DNA of 63,810 nt, filler included, from Collodictyon triciliatum (GCA_043381765.1; 3 parts of 3 records of this genome joined end to end with filler, not necessarily neighbours in it); one strand, 5' to 3'; positions 1 through 14,900 are shown, numbered from the whole stretch's first letter. Translations and numbers: made by a program. The notes: generated from the letters alone by a model not told the origin.

Positions 1-771
1 TACTAATGTTGTTGCAAACTATAGAGCTAAAGGGAAAAGCAGAACAGCACAACCTAACACAAAACAAAAGAGAAAAAAAAATGCAAATCAAAACAAACTA
101 AAAAGGTAGAGAGGAGAACATAAACGGACAGATTTAAAAAAGCTTTTAAGAGAAAAAGAGACGAAAAATAAAAAAAAATAAAAAAATAAAAAAATAAAAA
201 AATAAAAAAATAAAAAACGAGGAAGGAAAAACAAAGCCTGTCTGAAGAGGCCAAACAAACACGAATGACCGAAAATAAGACACAAGCCAAGGTAAGAGCA
301 TATCGGCGCCTCGAAGCTGAAAGATCGATCAAAACCATCAGCAAACAAAGCGATTGCGTTTGATTGTAGAGAACCCACCGCACCAAAGGCATACAAAAGC
401 CTGCCCCAGCAACAAAAACAGTGAACTCCTTTGCAACGAGCCTAAAACGAAGATAATAAAAAAAAAATAGAAAAAATAGAAAAAACAGAAAAAACAGAAA
501 AAATAGAAATGACAGAAAAAAAGAAAGTAGAAATAGAAATAGGCTGGAAGAGACAGTTGTGATGGCCTGTGTTTATTGCTGTCGAAAGGTCTGGAACGAA
601 AGAAGCTGGAAGGTTCATGACAGGCCTCTGCGAGAGTAAGTTGTTGCGGGTCGCCTGAGAGCCCAGGTGGAGGCGCCCGAATGTGCAGAGAACGCGTAGT
701 GGCGAAAAGGGAATAAATGACAGAGGACAAAGACATGTTTCGTCCTTGGTAAGCAGCACTCTCGCCAGTTT

Positions 772-1257
772 TTAGCTCTCGTATTCCGCCATATTGAGGG
801 GTGTTGTTGGATGTTTCGCTTGGTAATGCTCTTGCAGTTGGGCTACAAACATCACTGGCGTCTGTGATAAACGGGCGTTTAGGAAAGGTTCTCGAAGCGA
901 TTCTTTTCACGAGTTGTTTGAATAAGCTCAGTTGCAGGGTTCCAAGGAAGGAGGCGAGGAAGCAGAAAACAATAGACACGGGCGGCATTGGGCAAAACGG
1001 TGGGGAGCAGATGAAAAATGAAGACCTCTGGCATAGGATCAAAGAGAGACAAACCAATAATGCACGAGTTCATTCTGGAGCATTATTGATCCTGTGTCTA
1101 CTCCTCGATCACAACAGAGACAAGGATCTTGACTTACGCGGCAGATCTTGCAGGTGAAGTTGTACTGGGTCTCCTTCCGGTCTCCGCCTTTCTTCATCTT
1201 TGCTTGTTTTGCAGCGTTTCTCTCGCGTGCTTGTTCCTTCTGCTTGCCTCGGGTCAT
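772..1257 (-). CDS. ZNF706: ZNF706/SERF-like small C2H2 zinc-finger protein (2 exons: 1257-1138, 861-772; 69 aa)
   Basis: Spliced translation MTRGKQKEQARERNAAKQAKMKKGGDRKETQYNFTCKICR|TPVMFVAQLQEHYQAKHPTTPLNMAEYES*. It has a 4F5/SERF-like N-terminus, CxxC...HxxxxH finger, GTAAGT donor and CAG acceptor. Confidence 0.9.
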
Positions 1258-1653
1258 TTCTTCTTCTTCTTCTTCTTCTTCTTCTTCTTCCTTTCTCTGC
1301 TCCTAGCAGATACTTTTGTTATTGGCCGACAAATCTCACCCGTCCAGTCGCAAGTGAATGGATCTGGCATCAGATTCATCTTGTGTTGTATTCTGGCGCT
1401 GCCCTTAACTAATGTACATTTCTGGAGATAGAAAGAAAAGGGAGGAAGCAGCCCGAAAGATTCTTTCGCTCAGGAGCTGCGCGCCACAAGTAGCCCAAGA
1501 ACTGGGGAAACTGGTATGGTGGCAAAGAGATGGAGACGGAGATGGGTGCTGATTGGGCGATGCATAGCGAATAAATGCTTAGAAAATAGAAGCATAAGAC
1601 CACTTGCTTTCCGGTGGTATTTGGGGTTTATGGGATAAGCGGGTAGTCTTTGT

Positions 1654-3243
<1,590 letters not shown>

Positions 3244-3913
3244 GATGAGAGCTGCTCTGTTTGGTCTGATTGAAGTTGAAACCTGTAGTGAGTAAAAAAG
3301 AAAAGCAGGCTCGAGTCCGCGGCAGACTGGAGGAAGGGCCAGGAGCGACGAAGGAGCGAAGGGTTTCGTTGATTGTTCTTCTCCTTTGCGCAGAGTAAAA
3401 GAGAGTTGGCTGTGGTTTGTACTATGCCCTTGGATAACCCTTCAGTGAAAGGAAGTGGAGCGCAGCTAAAGATTGCGTCTTGTGCGCACGGCTCACTCAT
3501 GGCGACCTTGAAGGAGTTTCTCGCGCGACTCGGCATGAGAGCGAATCGAGACAGGAAGCAGCACACACCCAGTCTCCTCGCAGCGGTGCTCGGCTGCAGG
3601 GAATTTGGGAAAACAGGGTTTTCGGCGCTTGGATAGTTTGTAGGATAAGTACGGTACCGCTAAGCGGCTGAGGGTGGAGGCAATGACTCGCGCCATCTTT
3701 TAGGAGACAGAGAGGTAAGAAAAAAAAGGAGGCAAAGGCGAAGGCAGTTTTCATCTTTCACTTTATTCGGTTTTCTTTTGATGATACTTTCTTCCAGGGA
3801 TTAACTCGATTTGAAGAGCCAGGAGGAAGAAAAAAGAGAAATCAGAGGCCACTATGTAATGAAAACAACAACATCATTAACAGGCTATATATGCTTTGTA
3901 TAATTATCGAATT

Positions 3914-3944
<31 letters not shown>

Positions 3945-3986
3945 GAGAGAAAGCACCTTAGTGTGTAGAGTCAAAAATTACCTCTT

Positions 3987-6900
3987 TTAAGCCGGCAGTT
4001 TTTGGTTCCATTGGTCCGCTTTGTCGGTATCCGTCTCAACACCCCAACCATTCTGGTAGCATTCCACAAGAATACGAACGGCCAGTGGATATTTTGGGAC
4101 TCTGCTCCAATCATACTGCTTCATTTCCGCCATCTCTTGCAGAGTCTTGAATGCTTGCGTCGAGCCGTCCATTGCAAGTTGTTTCAAGCCGTCAAAGTAT
4201 TCAGCCTTTCCATCGCCTATTATTCCCCATTTTAGGGACAACAGAGTATCCTTCTCAACACCCCACGCATTTTGATAGCACTCGGCAATCATCAAAACAG
4301 CCTCTGGGTAGCGGTGCCCCCCGTAATCCTTCATCTCAGCCAATTCTCTCAGGACCTTGAATGCTTCTGTCGAGCCTTCCACAGCCAGTTTCTTCACTCT
4401 GGAAAAGGTTTCGGCGTCCCCACCTCCCAGGATTCTCCATCTCAGTGACATGAGAACGTCCTTTTCAACGCCCCATCCATTCTCATAGCATGCAGAAATC
4501 ATAGGAACAGTCTGAGGGTAGCTATATGCTCCGTACTTTTTCATTTCCGCCATATCCTTCAAAATGTTGAAAGCCTTTTTTGAGCCATCCTGGGCAAGTT
4601 GTTGAAGCCTCTCAAAGTTCTCCGCCTTGCCGTACCATTCCACAGCTTTTTCATCATTCTTTTCAGTGCCCCATCCATTTTCGTAGCATTCAATAACAGC
4701 CGCGACAGCTTGCGGGTACTTACATTTTACATACCCATCTTTCATTTCAGCCATTCTTCTCAGGAGGTTGAATGCATCCTTTGACCCTTGCTGCGCTAAT
4801 TGCTTCAATTTATCAAAGTTCTCCGCCTTGCCATACCACTCGATGGCCTTTACGGTGTCTTTTTCGACACCCCATCCATTTTCGAAACATTCAGCAAGAA
4901 TGCCTACACATTGGGGATATTTTGGAATATCAATCCAATCGAGCTTCCTTGTCTCTGCCAGCTCTTTCAAAACATGAAAGGCCTCTCTGGAGCCGAACTG
5001 TGCTAATTGCTTTAATCCATCAAAGTCTAATAATAATTTTAGAACAATGGCTCTCCAGTGTGCAGCCTTTTGACTGTCTTTTTCAACGCCCCATCCATTC
5101 TCAAAGCATTCAGCCATCATCTCAGCCTGGAATATGGTAGTGTTACCATCCTCACAATATTTTGCAAAGTCTTGATCAAAAGAAACAGCGCCGATGGATA
5201 TTAAGAGCAGCTTGTTGTATTGACTCAGTCCAGTGACACTTCTCATTTGAATATTTCCCCCCTCCAATTTTCTAGGACCATCAATTCGTACTCTCTTCAA
5301 ATCTTTGATTCTGCCAGCACCAGTTTTATCCGTCTCATCTCCTTTATCAAAGACAGCTTCAAACAAGTCATCGATATTGCCTCCCTTGATAAGACATGAA
5401 CCTTGAGTGAAGGTCACTTCAACTTCCCGTGTGCTATATGATTGGTTTTCGTTTGATAAATCCCAAATACGAATTTTCTTATCACCACTTACTGAGGCAA
5501 ACCAACTTTCACCATTCGGGCCTTGAACATTACAAACACTGTGAACCCAACCAGCATGATGATCTAATTTTTTAATTTTGTTCCCACTAGAGTAATCAAA
5601 AATATGAATGGCATTATCACTACTTCCTGAGATTAACCACATTTCACCATTAGTTCCTCGAACACTGCATATACTACTGAATTCCCACGTGTGGCCCTCA
5701 AATATCTTGACTTGATTTCCAGAGGCTACATCCCAAATACGTATGGAGTTATCGCCGCTTCCAGATGCTAGCCAATTTTCGCCATTGGGGCCTTCAATAC
5801 TACACACACATTTGACATAATCCGTGTGTCCTTCCAAGGCTTTAGAATGGCTCTCAGCTGCTATGTCCCAAATAAGGATTGTATTGTCATCACTTCCAGA
5901 TGCCAGCCAGTTTTTTCCGCTCCGATCTTGGATACTACAAACACATCTGACAGGTTTTGAGTGCCCTCTCAAAACTTTGACCTCGTTTCCGGTGTTGATG
6001 TCCCAAATGCATATTAAGGTATAGCTACCAAATGCTATCCAGTTTTCTCCACTTGGTCCTTGAATTCTGCAAACACTTAACACATAATCTTCAGAGTCAC
6101 CCTTATATAGTTTTTTAATCAGATTTCCGGTCTTTAAATCCCACAGACACACTGTCGTATCTTCGCTACCAGATACCAGCCAATTCTGTCCATTTGGTCC
6201 TTGAACGCTACAGACACTCCTGATGGTTTTTGTGTGACCTTCCAATTTTTTAATCTCTTCACCAGTGACAAGATTCCAAATGCGAATTGTCTTATCATTG
6301 CCTCCAGTCGCCAACCAGATTTCTCCGTGCGGGCCTCGGACACTACAAACGCTGTGAATGTAGTCGGTATGTCCTTCAAGCACATCTTTACAAAATCCGA
6401 ACTTCACCTGGTTCATGTATGCATGATCGAAAATGCAACCACCCAATTTTGAATTTGTGAAATCCACACCTTCCAAGTTAGCGCCAGTCAAGTTTGCACC
6501 ATCAAAAATCGAATGGCTGAGATTAGCGCGAGGGATTTTGATGTTTGATAGGTCCATCCCACTGAATGATACATTCATAAAGTTTAAAATCGTAATCGCA
6601 TCGGAAGATACCCTGGATTTACTTTCGTCTGTCTTGGAAAAGTTGACTATATGTATCAGGTAAATCATAAAGTCTTCAAGGCTCCATTCTCCCTCTACCC
6701 TCGCGTAATCGATGTTTTCAACGATAAATTTTCTTGCTTCAGTAAAATGAACCGGTTCTTTGTCAACCCCCGTTTTTTTGGAATGGATTGACACGAATCT
6801 GCATGAATTTAAGGTCTTGACATGTGTCCAACCAAGTTTATCGTTGAATTTGTTCCTCATTTCTATCCAAAACATCAATGCCTCTCTGTGTTTCTGAAGG

Positions 6901-9900
6901 TCATTGAATATCTTTTCGATTTCCTCACAACTGTTCCATACACCGGCATTGTCCATACCATACAATTTATTCAGTAAGTCAATAAGGGTCTTGTAAAGAA
7001 AAATGCATATGACATATTGTTTCCTTTCTTTAGCAAATCGAATGATGTTGTCTATTTCGTGCGTATCGTTGATTGACATTAGCGACTTAGTGTCTTCTCT
7101 GATGATGGCAGATTTCTGAAAGCATTCAATTGCCTGTGAAAAACTTTAAAGAAAAAATAAAACGTAAATTTTAAACAATGAGGGTTTCATATTAACAGAG
7201 AACATGAATAAGGTTTTAAAATTCTCATTAATGACGAATATATTATATTTTATTTTTTACTTTTGTAACTTGACATTTGATCGCCCGATGTTTTCAAGAG
7301 AAGTTGCGATATTCACATGATTTTCACCAAGTGTCCTCTTTCCAATATCCAAAGTCTTTGTGTAAGCCACCAAGGCACTCAAATGACTGAGAATAAACAA
7401 TAAAGAAAAGTTATTTTTTTTTAAAAAAAAAAAGGCTAAATTGGTAAAAATCGATATATCAAGATCCAAAATTTACTCTTTCATATCATGATTGATGCCT
7501 CCAATCTTTTCGTAACAATTCACGACTTTCGGGTGGTTCTCTCCGAGTGTAGCAATCAAAATTTCAACGCATTCATTCAAGCATTCCAGTGCCTCGCTTT
7601 TACTGCAACACAATCATGTATTAATTGCCATATTTTCAATTATTATTTCCTTGTAAATTTAAATATCAGCGTCAGCTTATGGAAGGAAATGCTTATAATA
7701 GCTGGGTCCTCCTTACTTTCCTCTCTCCAGGTGAACCTGCGCAATATACTCAATGGATAGTCCGACAGATGCGTGCTTGCCTCCGAAAGATTTCTCGAGT
7801 ATCGATTTTGCTTTTCCATAGCTGTCCATCGATTCTTGATATCTGCTCAGTAAAGAAAATTTTCTCAATAAATCTCACAATACAATAATATCATATCATC
7901 TAGGATAGCAAAAGTCCAGACAATCCTCACTTCTTCTCAGCCAGGCGAACGTGCCCATAGTTCTGATAGCATGTGGCAACAAGAGGGTGCTCATCTCCAA
8001 CCTTCTTTTGTCGAATCTCCATGGACTTCTGGTATTCAGCCATAGCTTCCTCGAGTCTACAGAAACCGTTAATCACTGTTTTTCCTCTTTTCTTCTTTAT
8101 ATTGATACAACTTTTGGTGTTTGTTTGGTAACACATTCACATAATCTGACCCTCATCAAGTTGCATTTGACCACAAGAAATGAGTGCTTACTTTGCTTGC
8201 TTTACATAGACGTCCCCGAAGCGGTCAAGAGATTGAGCAACCTGCAAGTCGCTTTCACCAAGTTGTTCGAGTCTCAAATCCAGTGACTTTTTGTATTCTT
8301 GCAGAGCCTCATCAACTCTGTAAATAACACTTCAGAAATCGGTTCTTTCCTTCCTTTTTTCTTTATTTGAGCTTCGTTTTTCCCTCATTTTTTTAAGCAG
8401 AAAATGATATGTTGGTTCATGGGACGTATCGCTAGAAAATACCTGTTTTGTTGATGGTAAATAAAGCCCAACTCTTCGTGAATCGTAGCTAAACTTGCAC
8501 CGTCCGACTCATCGTGCCCAATCGAATCCAAGCATTTCTTGTAGTATATCATGGATTCAGTCCAACTATGGAATGGTTCCTTTTAGTAAACCAGTGATGA
8601 AAATAATTACGCATTTCTTTCCCTTATTACTATCTCATTTTACATACTTTTGAAGATTCTTGTGAACACGGCCTAGATTCAAGTAATCTGCGACCTTGGC
8701 TTCTGATCGTGTGGACAATTAAAAGAAAAGTGAGAGCATGAATAAATGTAGAAAATGGAAGCTACAGAGAGCAGTTGGCTATGCATAGATTACTAAGTAG
8801 TCACTCACTTTCATTCTCCTGCTTTCCGAGGCGAACATTGAGCACAGATAACAGGAATGAGTTCTCAAACGACTCCAGGAAGAAACCAACAAGCAGCTCC
8901 CCTACTTTATCGAGGGTCTAATCCCCAATGTCATTAGCAATCATACTGTATCTATGCATCGACAAGGGGAAAGAGCAATCATACAGTATCACACGCCTCC
9001 GCATTAGTAAAGTCTGGATTGGACCACGAGGCATACCTTCACCATAGCTCCGTAAGCTTCTATGTAGTTGGCTGCCCCACTTGCGTTGATAGCTCTCCAG
9101 CACGTAAAGAATTCATAGCGATACCGGCCACCAAGCATAATCCCGATTACCTGCGACACAAAAGGAAAATAGGGTCTGTAACATTAAGCTGCATATTTGC
9201 ACGAAAAATACATCCGTGGATGTCGCGTGTAAATTCTTTTTATTTACGTGTTTTTGCTTCATATATTCCACTAGGAGGTTGAACGATTGTCCCTTCCATA
9301 GTTGGTGGCATATCTCAGCAGCGAGCTCTTCGTCAACATCAGCAACCTCCAGGTACTGACTGCACAGCCAATTTCCGTACTCTGCGTGTACCTTGGTCAC
9401 CTCTTGGTCCTCACCAAAGTAGAAACTTTTCGTTGTCTCCATAAGCAGTTGGTGGAAGTACATGTATCTATGAGGTAAAAATATTCATAAACTATGACAA
9501 CACCACCCTCCAGAAAGTATCATATGATACTGTATAAAAAAAATCAGATGCGAATATACCTTCCATTGCGAACAAAAAGTGATTCGATGAGTGTGTAAAA
9601 GAAAGATTTCCTGGCAATGGCGTAAACGTCAATACAGACACAGATTTAGTGGAGAATATTTTGACATGTAGTTAATAGCCTTTCTCGTCTCAAAATAAAT
9701 ACCATTCGCCCACTTCAAATCCTCTTCCAATAATATCCTTCATGTACTTGTCCAAATCTCCCTCGCTTAGACCGATGCGAGATACAAACAAAACCTTCAT
9801 GCAGGTGGACACATAATCCACACCTGCCACATATAAGGTAAGAAAACAACCCATCCCCGCCAAATATTGCACATTTTATATTGTTCTCATTCCGTTTTGA

Positions 9901-11239
9901 AGAAAAGAAAGAGGGGGAAATTGCCTCATTCCATTTTCCTACCTTTTCTGTCAAACTTGACCTTCCAGCGCTGGATGATGAGGGTGTAAAGCTCCACCAC
10001 ACCATTCGTTGATAGCAGTGTGTTCAATTCGTCATCCAGCTTCTCGTATACGCCGAAAACTCGGATTTCATCCAACACGATACGAAGGTAGAGTGGATGA
10101 CCTAAAACAAAAAAGATAAGAAATAGGTGATTTCTGTAATATATATTAATCGTCGCTCTCTGTCTGCAACAATTCCTCACCAGTGTCTTCCAAGTCATCC
10201 AAAATCATCCCCACTTGCTTTTCGTTCAGAGTTTTGTCATAGCGAGTCAAGAAAGACTCGACACCATCCTGAACTTCATCTTTGGTCAACTTGCTGACAG
10301 GGATGAGCTCCAAACCGCTTTCCTGCGCGGACTATTAAAGAAAAAAGGACAAAATTTCACTAGACTCTCTAAAAATAACCATTTGTACTTTTTTTTTTTT
10401 TTTTAATAATTGCGTCGAAATTTTCATAGAATGTTGATTACCTTTGAAGATTCGTGAGTATGAATCGTGGACACAACCATCGCAACGTTGGGTGGTGTTT
10501 CTTTAGGCAGCCAAGTCAGCAAGTGCGGCGCTGGTGTTCCTTGCGATGGGTGGATTTGGTTGATGGCGTCGATGAGAAAGACAAACTTGCCATCCCTTTT
10601 CAAATAAAATCGTCAGTTGACTGCACAGAGATTGTACAGAAAGATACGAGTCTAAAAAATGAGGCACATATGCGAAATACCAGGGGTGAATCTCACGTGT
10701 TCGTATCCTGAATCATACGGACCAATCCCTGAAGTCCCTCTTTCTCGTAATCTGGTATTTGTTCGAATGTTATAATCAAATGCTACCCAAACGGAAAACT
10801 ATCATAAATAAAAGTTACAGACACTATAAAAAACTACGTAAGAATATAATAAACATATATGCCCTTGACTCACCAGCTTCTTGCTTCATGTCCACAGAGC
10901 GACTGCAGTTCACAACCAGAGTCCAGAAGCGTGTTGATATGCTGTGAAAATGTAATATGTGACAAACTTCACAGCACCAGCGTGTTGTCAAATATCAGTG
11001 GAGCCGCAGATAACTTTATTTTTTTTAAAACAACATATGAATGGGACAAATCAGGCAAACCTTTCCACATAATTGCTAAGGTTGGTACACCCAACAAAAT
11101 GGAATAGAACATTCCATCCCGGATGCTTCATTTCACCGACGTCTCTCGCCACAGCGGCCATGACCGATGACTTTCCAATCCCGGACTCCGCCGCAAGAAT
11201 AGCAATTTTGGACTTGTCCGTATCAAGCTGCTTCGTAAC
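3987..11239 (-). CDS. STAND/NLR-like protein: NACHT-type NTPase (NPHP3/TTC41-like) + TPR array + pentapeptide repeats + 7 WD40 + 6 SEL1-like repeats; 5' end lies in the N gap at 11283-11828
   Basis: Walker A exon 11239-11137 (IAILAAESGIGKSSVM); Walker B FVFLIDAINQ...WLPKETPPNVAMVVST (~10600-10442); GHPLYLRIVLDEIRVFG (10101-9943). Further in-phase exons: 10322-10181, 9823-9703, 9610-9560, 9467-9248, 9150-9037, 8917-8809, 8702-8648. TPR exons: 8565-8443, 8317-8192, 8056-7931, 7842-7717, 7602-7477, 7386-7261. Terminal exon 7143-3987 contains the 1030-aa ORF. Exons between 11137 and ~10650 are not fully resolved. Confidence 0.85.
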
Positions 11240-11907
11240 CTGAAAGCAATTACATGAGATGGATATTTTCGTTTTGGTGTTGNNNNNNNNNNNNNNNNNN
11301 NNNNNNNNNNNNNNNNNNNNNNNNNNNNNNNNNNNNNNNNNNNNNNNNNNNNNNNNNNNNNNNNNNNNNNNNNNNNNNNNNNNNNNNNNNNNNNNNNNNN
11401 NNNNNNNNNNNNNNNNNNNNNNNNNNNNNNNNNNNNNNNNNNNNNNNNNNNNNNNNNNNNNNNNNNNNNNNNNNNNNNNNNNNNNNNNNNNNNNNNNNNN
11501 NNNNNNNNNNNNNNNNNNNNNNNNNNNNNNNNNNNNNNNNNNNNNNNNNNNNNNNNNNNNNNNNNNNNNNNNNNNNNNNNNNNNNNNNNNNNNNNNNNNN
11601 NNNNNNNNNNNNNNNNNNNNNNNNNNNNNNNNNNNNNNNNNNNNNNNNNNNNNNNNNNNNNNNNNNNNNNNNNNNNNNNNNNNNNNNNNNNNNNNNNNNN
11701 NNNNNNNNNNNNNNNNNNNNNNNNNNNNNNNNNNNNNNNNNNNNNNNNNNNNNNNNNNNNNNNNNNNNNNNNNNNNNNNNNNNNNNNNNNNNNNNNNNNN
11801 NNNNNNNNNNNNNNNNNNNNNNNNNNNNATATCAAAATCACTTCACAACATATCATGATTTTGCTCATCCCTTGTTTTAAAGTCATGAATTGCTAATACA
11901 ACATTAG

Positions 11908-14900
11908 GCAGCAGTGATGTTGATATACTCCCAGCAAGAAAGCATTTCGATCCCGATAGAAAGGTGGTTCTCTGTCCTATGGCAAGATACCACCGTGTAC
12001 GAAGGGATACACAAAGAATTAGGTGTTGTAGGTAAAGAAACCAAAGGATTCGTGCATTTGTTGTTTTTCCCCCTATTTTTCAACGGCAATATTTGATACA
12101 AATACACATTTATTTCTAAAATAAAATGAAAGTGATGACAACAACTATAACTGCAATCATTTGTTCAACAGAAGTAACCTTCACACCATGGAGTCAAGTT
12201 GACGACCGAACAGCAATAAAAAGCTTAAAGAGATTAGTGACGTTTCGAAAAGCATTTCATGGAAACGAATTCTTACGCAAGTTGGCAGGGCTGGGTAATT
12301 AATTATGTCCTATAAGTTTGGACGCTGGGCTGTCCTAAAAGAAAAATTATTACCTAGGCAAATCCACGTTGATAATTTGCACCGAAGAACAAAAATCAGA
12401 GTGGTCTGCGAATGGGTAATTATGAATAAGTTCCCTGCCACAGAGGTTCAAAGATAAATATCTAAAACGAATAAATGAAATAGAACTATTTTGATAAAGT
12501 GCACAACAAACGTTTTAAACCTTACATGGGCTCAACAACTCCGGGTGGAGGGTCTTTGGAAGGCAGAGAGTTTCGAGCCTGACAAAACACAAATCACAGT
12601 TTCCTGGGAAGTTGAGTATATTGGAGGCATAATAGGAGCCAAAGGTAGGTTTTATACTTTTATCCTTTTACTTAAAAGAAGTCCTCAAATTAAATTGTCT
12701 TCAATGTGCTCTCTTGTAATAAAAAGGAATATAGTCAAAAGTAAAATATTTTTAAGGTATCATAGAAAAACAAATGTTTCGAGATTCAGAGCGTTTCTGC
12801 AAGAGATACTTTGAAAAAGTGAGCAATATTTTGTCAAGAGATGGAGGCTCCTTCCCTGTAATTCAGTTGTCGCAGGGTCTCATAAGTGCAGCGAAACAAT
12901 CAGGTAATAATGAGAATACAAGAGAAAATGATGAGGAATTTGCCGAAATTTTATCCCCAACAAGCGAAACTGGGGATATTAAAGTCCCTCCAGAGTTACC
13001 ATTACCTCTTTCACACGACGAAAACGAGCCCACTATCGCCTCAGTTGTGATTTTTGATGATTCTGTGAATTTTTTTCTCAGTGAAAGTGCAAACAATCCA
13101 TCAGAAGAGGTTATTTTAGTCCCCACAGCATCACAAACTCAAAACTCCAAAGATACCGAGGGAAATTTTTTGGGAAAATCACATACTACAAAAACTGGAT
13201 ATCATAACAGCATAGAAGAAGCCCTCCAAATTAATTTAACAGGCACTTTCTTTGAGGAAGATGTTTGCAGTGCCATCGAATTCGAAAACACAACATCATT
13301 TTCCCTGGTTTCAGATGGAGCTTCAGTTTCAAGTCTCTCTCAAGAGAGTTCTCCTGTCGCAACGCCAATTATGCAATCTAGTAGTTTTGTTGATGGATAT
13401 TATAAAAATACGCAGTTAAATAGCGTCGTTGTATCTGGATTCGAGACTTTACCTCAAGGCCAAAGTGAATCTACCACGGTATAAAGACTTGGAGACTTTT
13501 CTAAAAACAATATAAAAATTAATGTAAAACTATTGATTACAGCTGAACAATATAACAAATATACCTACGTGCAGGAACTTTTTCTTTTTCTTTAAAAAAT
13601 TTTTTTTATCACGGTTGACCCATTTTGAATGAATTTGGGTCCATAGATATTCGTGATTGAACTGAGAAATCAGGAAAACTTGTGGGTGGTACGAAGGAGA
13701 TTCAGCGAATTATGGGCATCTCACTGTCAAGTACATTTTAATTTAATATTTACAATATATAAAAAATACCTTTCATGGGCAGACTTATTTAAAATAAAAA
13801 AGTTACAAAAAATCCAGCAGCTGCCCGAGTTTCCTCGAAAGAAATTTTTTAGCTATTCCGATAAGGATTTCCTTGATAGGCGAAAAATAGAGCTTCAGGG
13901 CTATTTGCAGGTAAGTCCCTTTCGATTTAATTGGCTGCTCTTTACTGTTCATTTACATTTTCGTGAGAAGGTAGTCTATTACTTTGCTTGTATCCATGCA
14001 CAAAATGCTCGAAATAACAAAGTACAAAAAGGAGGTACTTTTATCATCTGAAGCCACGAATGCCAACAGGACTGGTTTTCTTCTGAGATTGTTGCGTATG
14101 GACGACATTCACGAGGCTGTGATGAAAAAGGTAAGCATGTCTTAAGAGTGTTTTTCATAGCATCGGGTCAATATTGAATACATTAATCCACCAAACCTAG
14201 GATGCAAATTTGGTCAAATGCATTCTGTCACATTGTGATGGGAGTTTGCTGGTGTGCAAGCAAAACAGTCTAGGGGAAACCCCTTTGCATATAGCAGCAG
14301 CAGCGGGCTGTATTGACATAGCTAAATTGCTTCTAAAATATGGACCAGATGTTAATTCCAAAGTAAGTGTAAATTGCGCGCTGAAAATGAAAAGTGAAAA
14401 CTGTTACATTCCATAACATATTCTCCATTCATTTATAGGATAGGGTAGAGTGTTGTCCCTTAATATACGCTGCAAGCCATGGGGACATTTTGATGAATCA
14501 GTTGTTGATTCAGTATGGCGCGGTTGTGGATTCCTCAGACCCCAACGGAAACACAGCGTTGCAGGTCACATTTATATCGGAATAATGATTTATATCTGAG
14601 ACACTGAGAACCCGAATATTCAGCGTGATTTTAGATTACAGCTACATTCGATGAAAACACAAATAATGTTAACAGATAGCCTGCTTCTCGGGAAACAAGG
14701 AACTGGTGCAATATCTTGTTGGAGAGTGTGCGAATATAAATTCAAGGAATAAATTTCATGAACCCATTATCTACACTACAGCACGGGCTCTTTCCCTCCT
14801 ATTTCAGGTTCTTAATAGTAAATTAGCCTTTAAAATACGAATATGAATTATTTGCATCAATAACTTATCGTGTAGCCAATTCGAAATATCTCACAGAATC

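Noticed and set aside
647-679. GC-rich hairpin CGGGTCGCCT...AGGCGCCCG downstream of the ZNF706 stop
   Set aside because: A single short stem with no SECIS, SRP or snoRNA motifs, and the gene has no in-frame TGA.
54-759. Phe/Leu-rich ORFs at the window start
   Set aside because: Translations of A-rich low-complexity sequence downstream of ZNF706; no domain signal.
7261-8317. Regularly spaced units that might suggest a CRISPR-like array
   Set aside because: They are protein-coding TPR exons with GT-AG introns; there are no identical direct repeats and no cas genes.
11128-11886. Long ORFs spanning N runs (also 57943-58475)
   Set aside because: Artefacts of translating assembly gaps.
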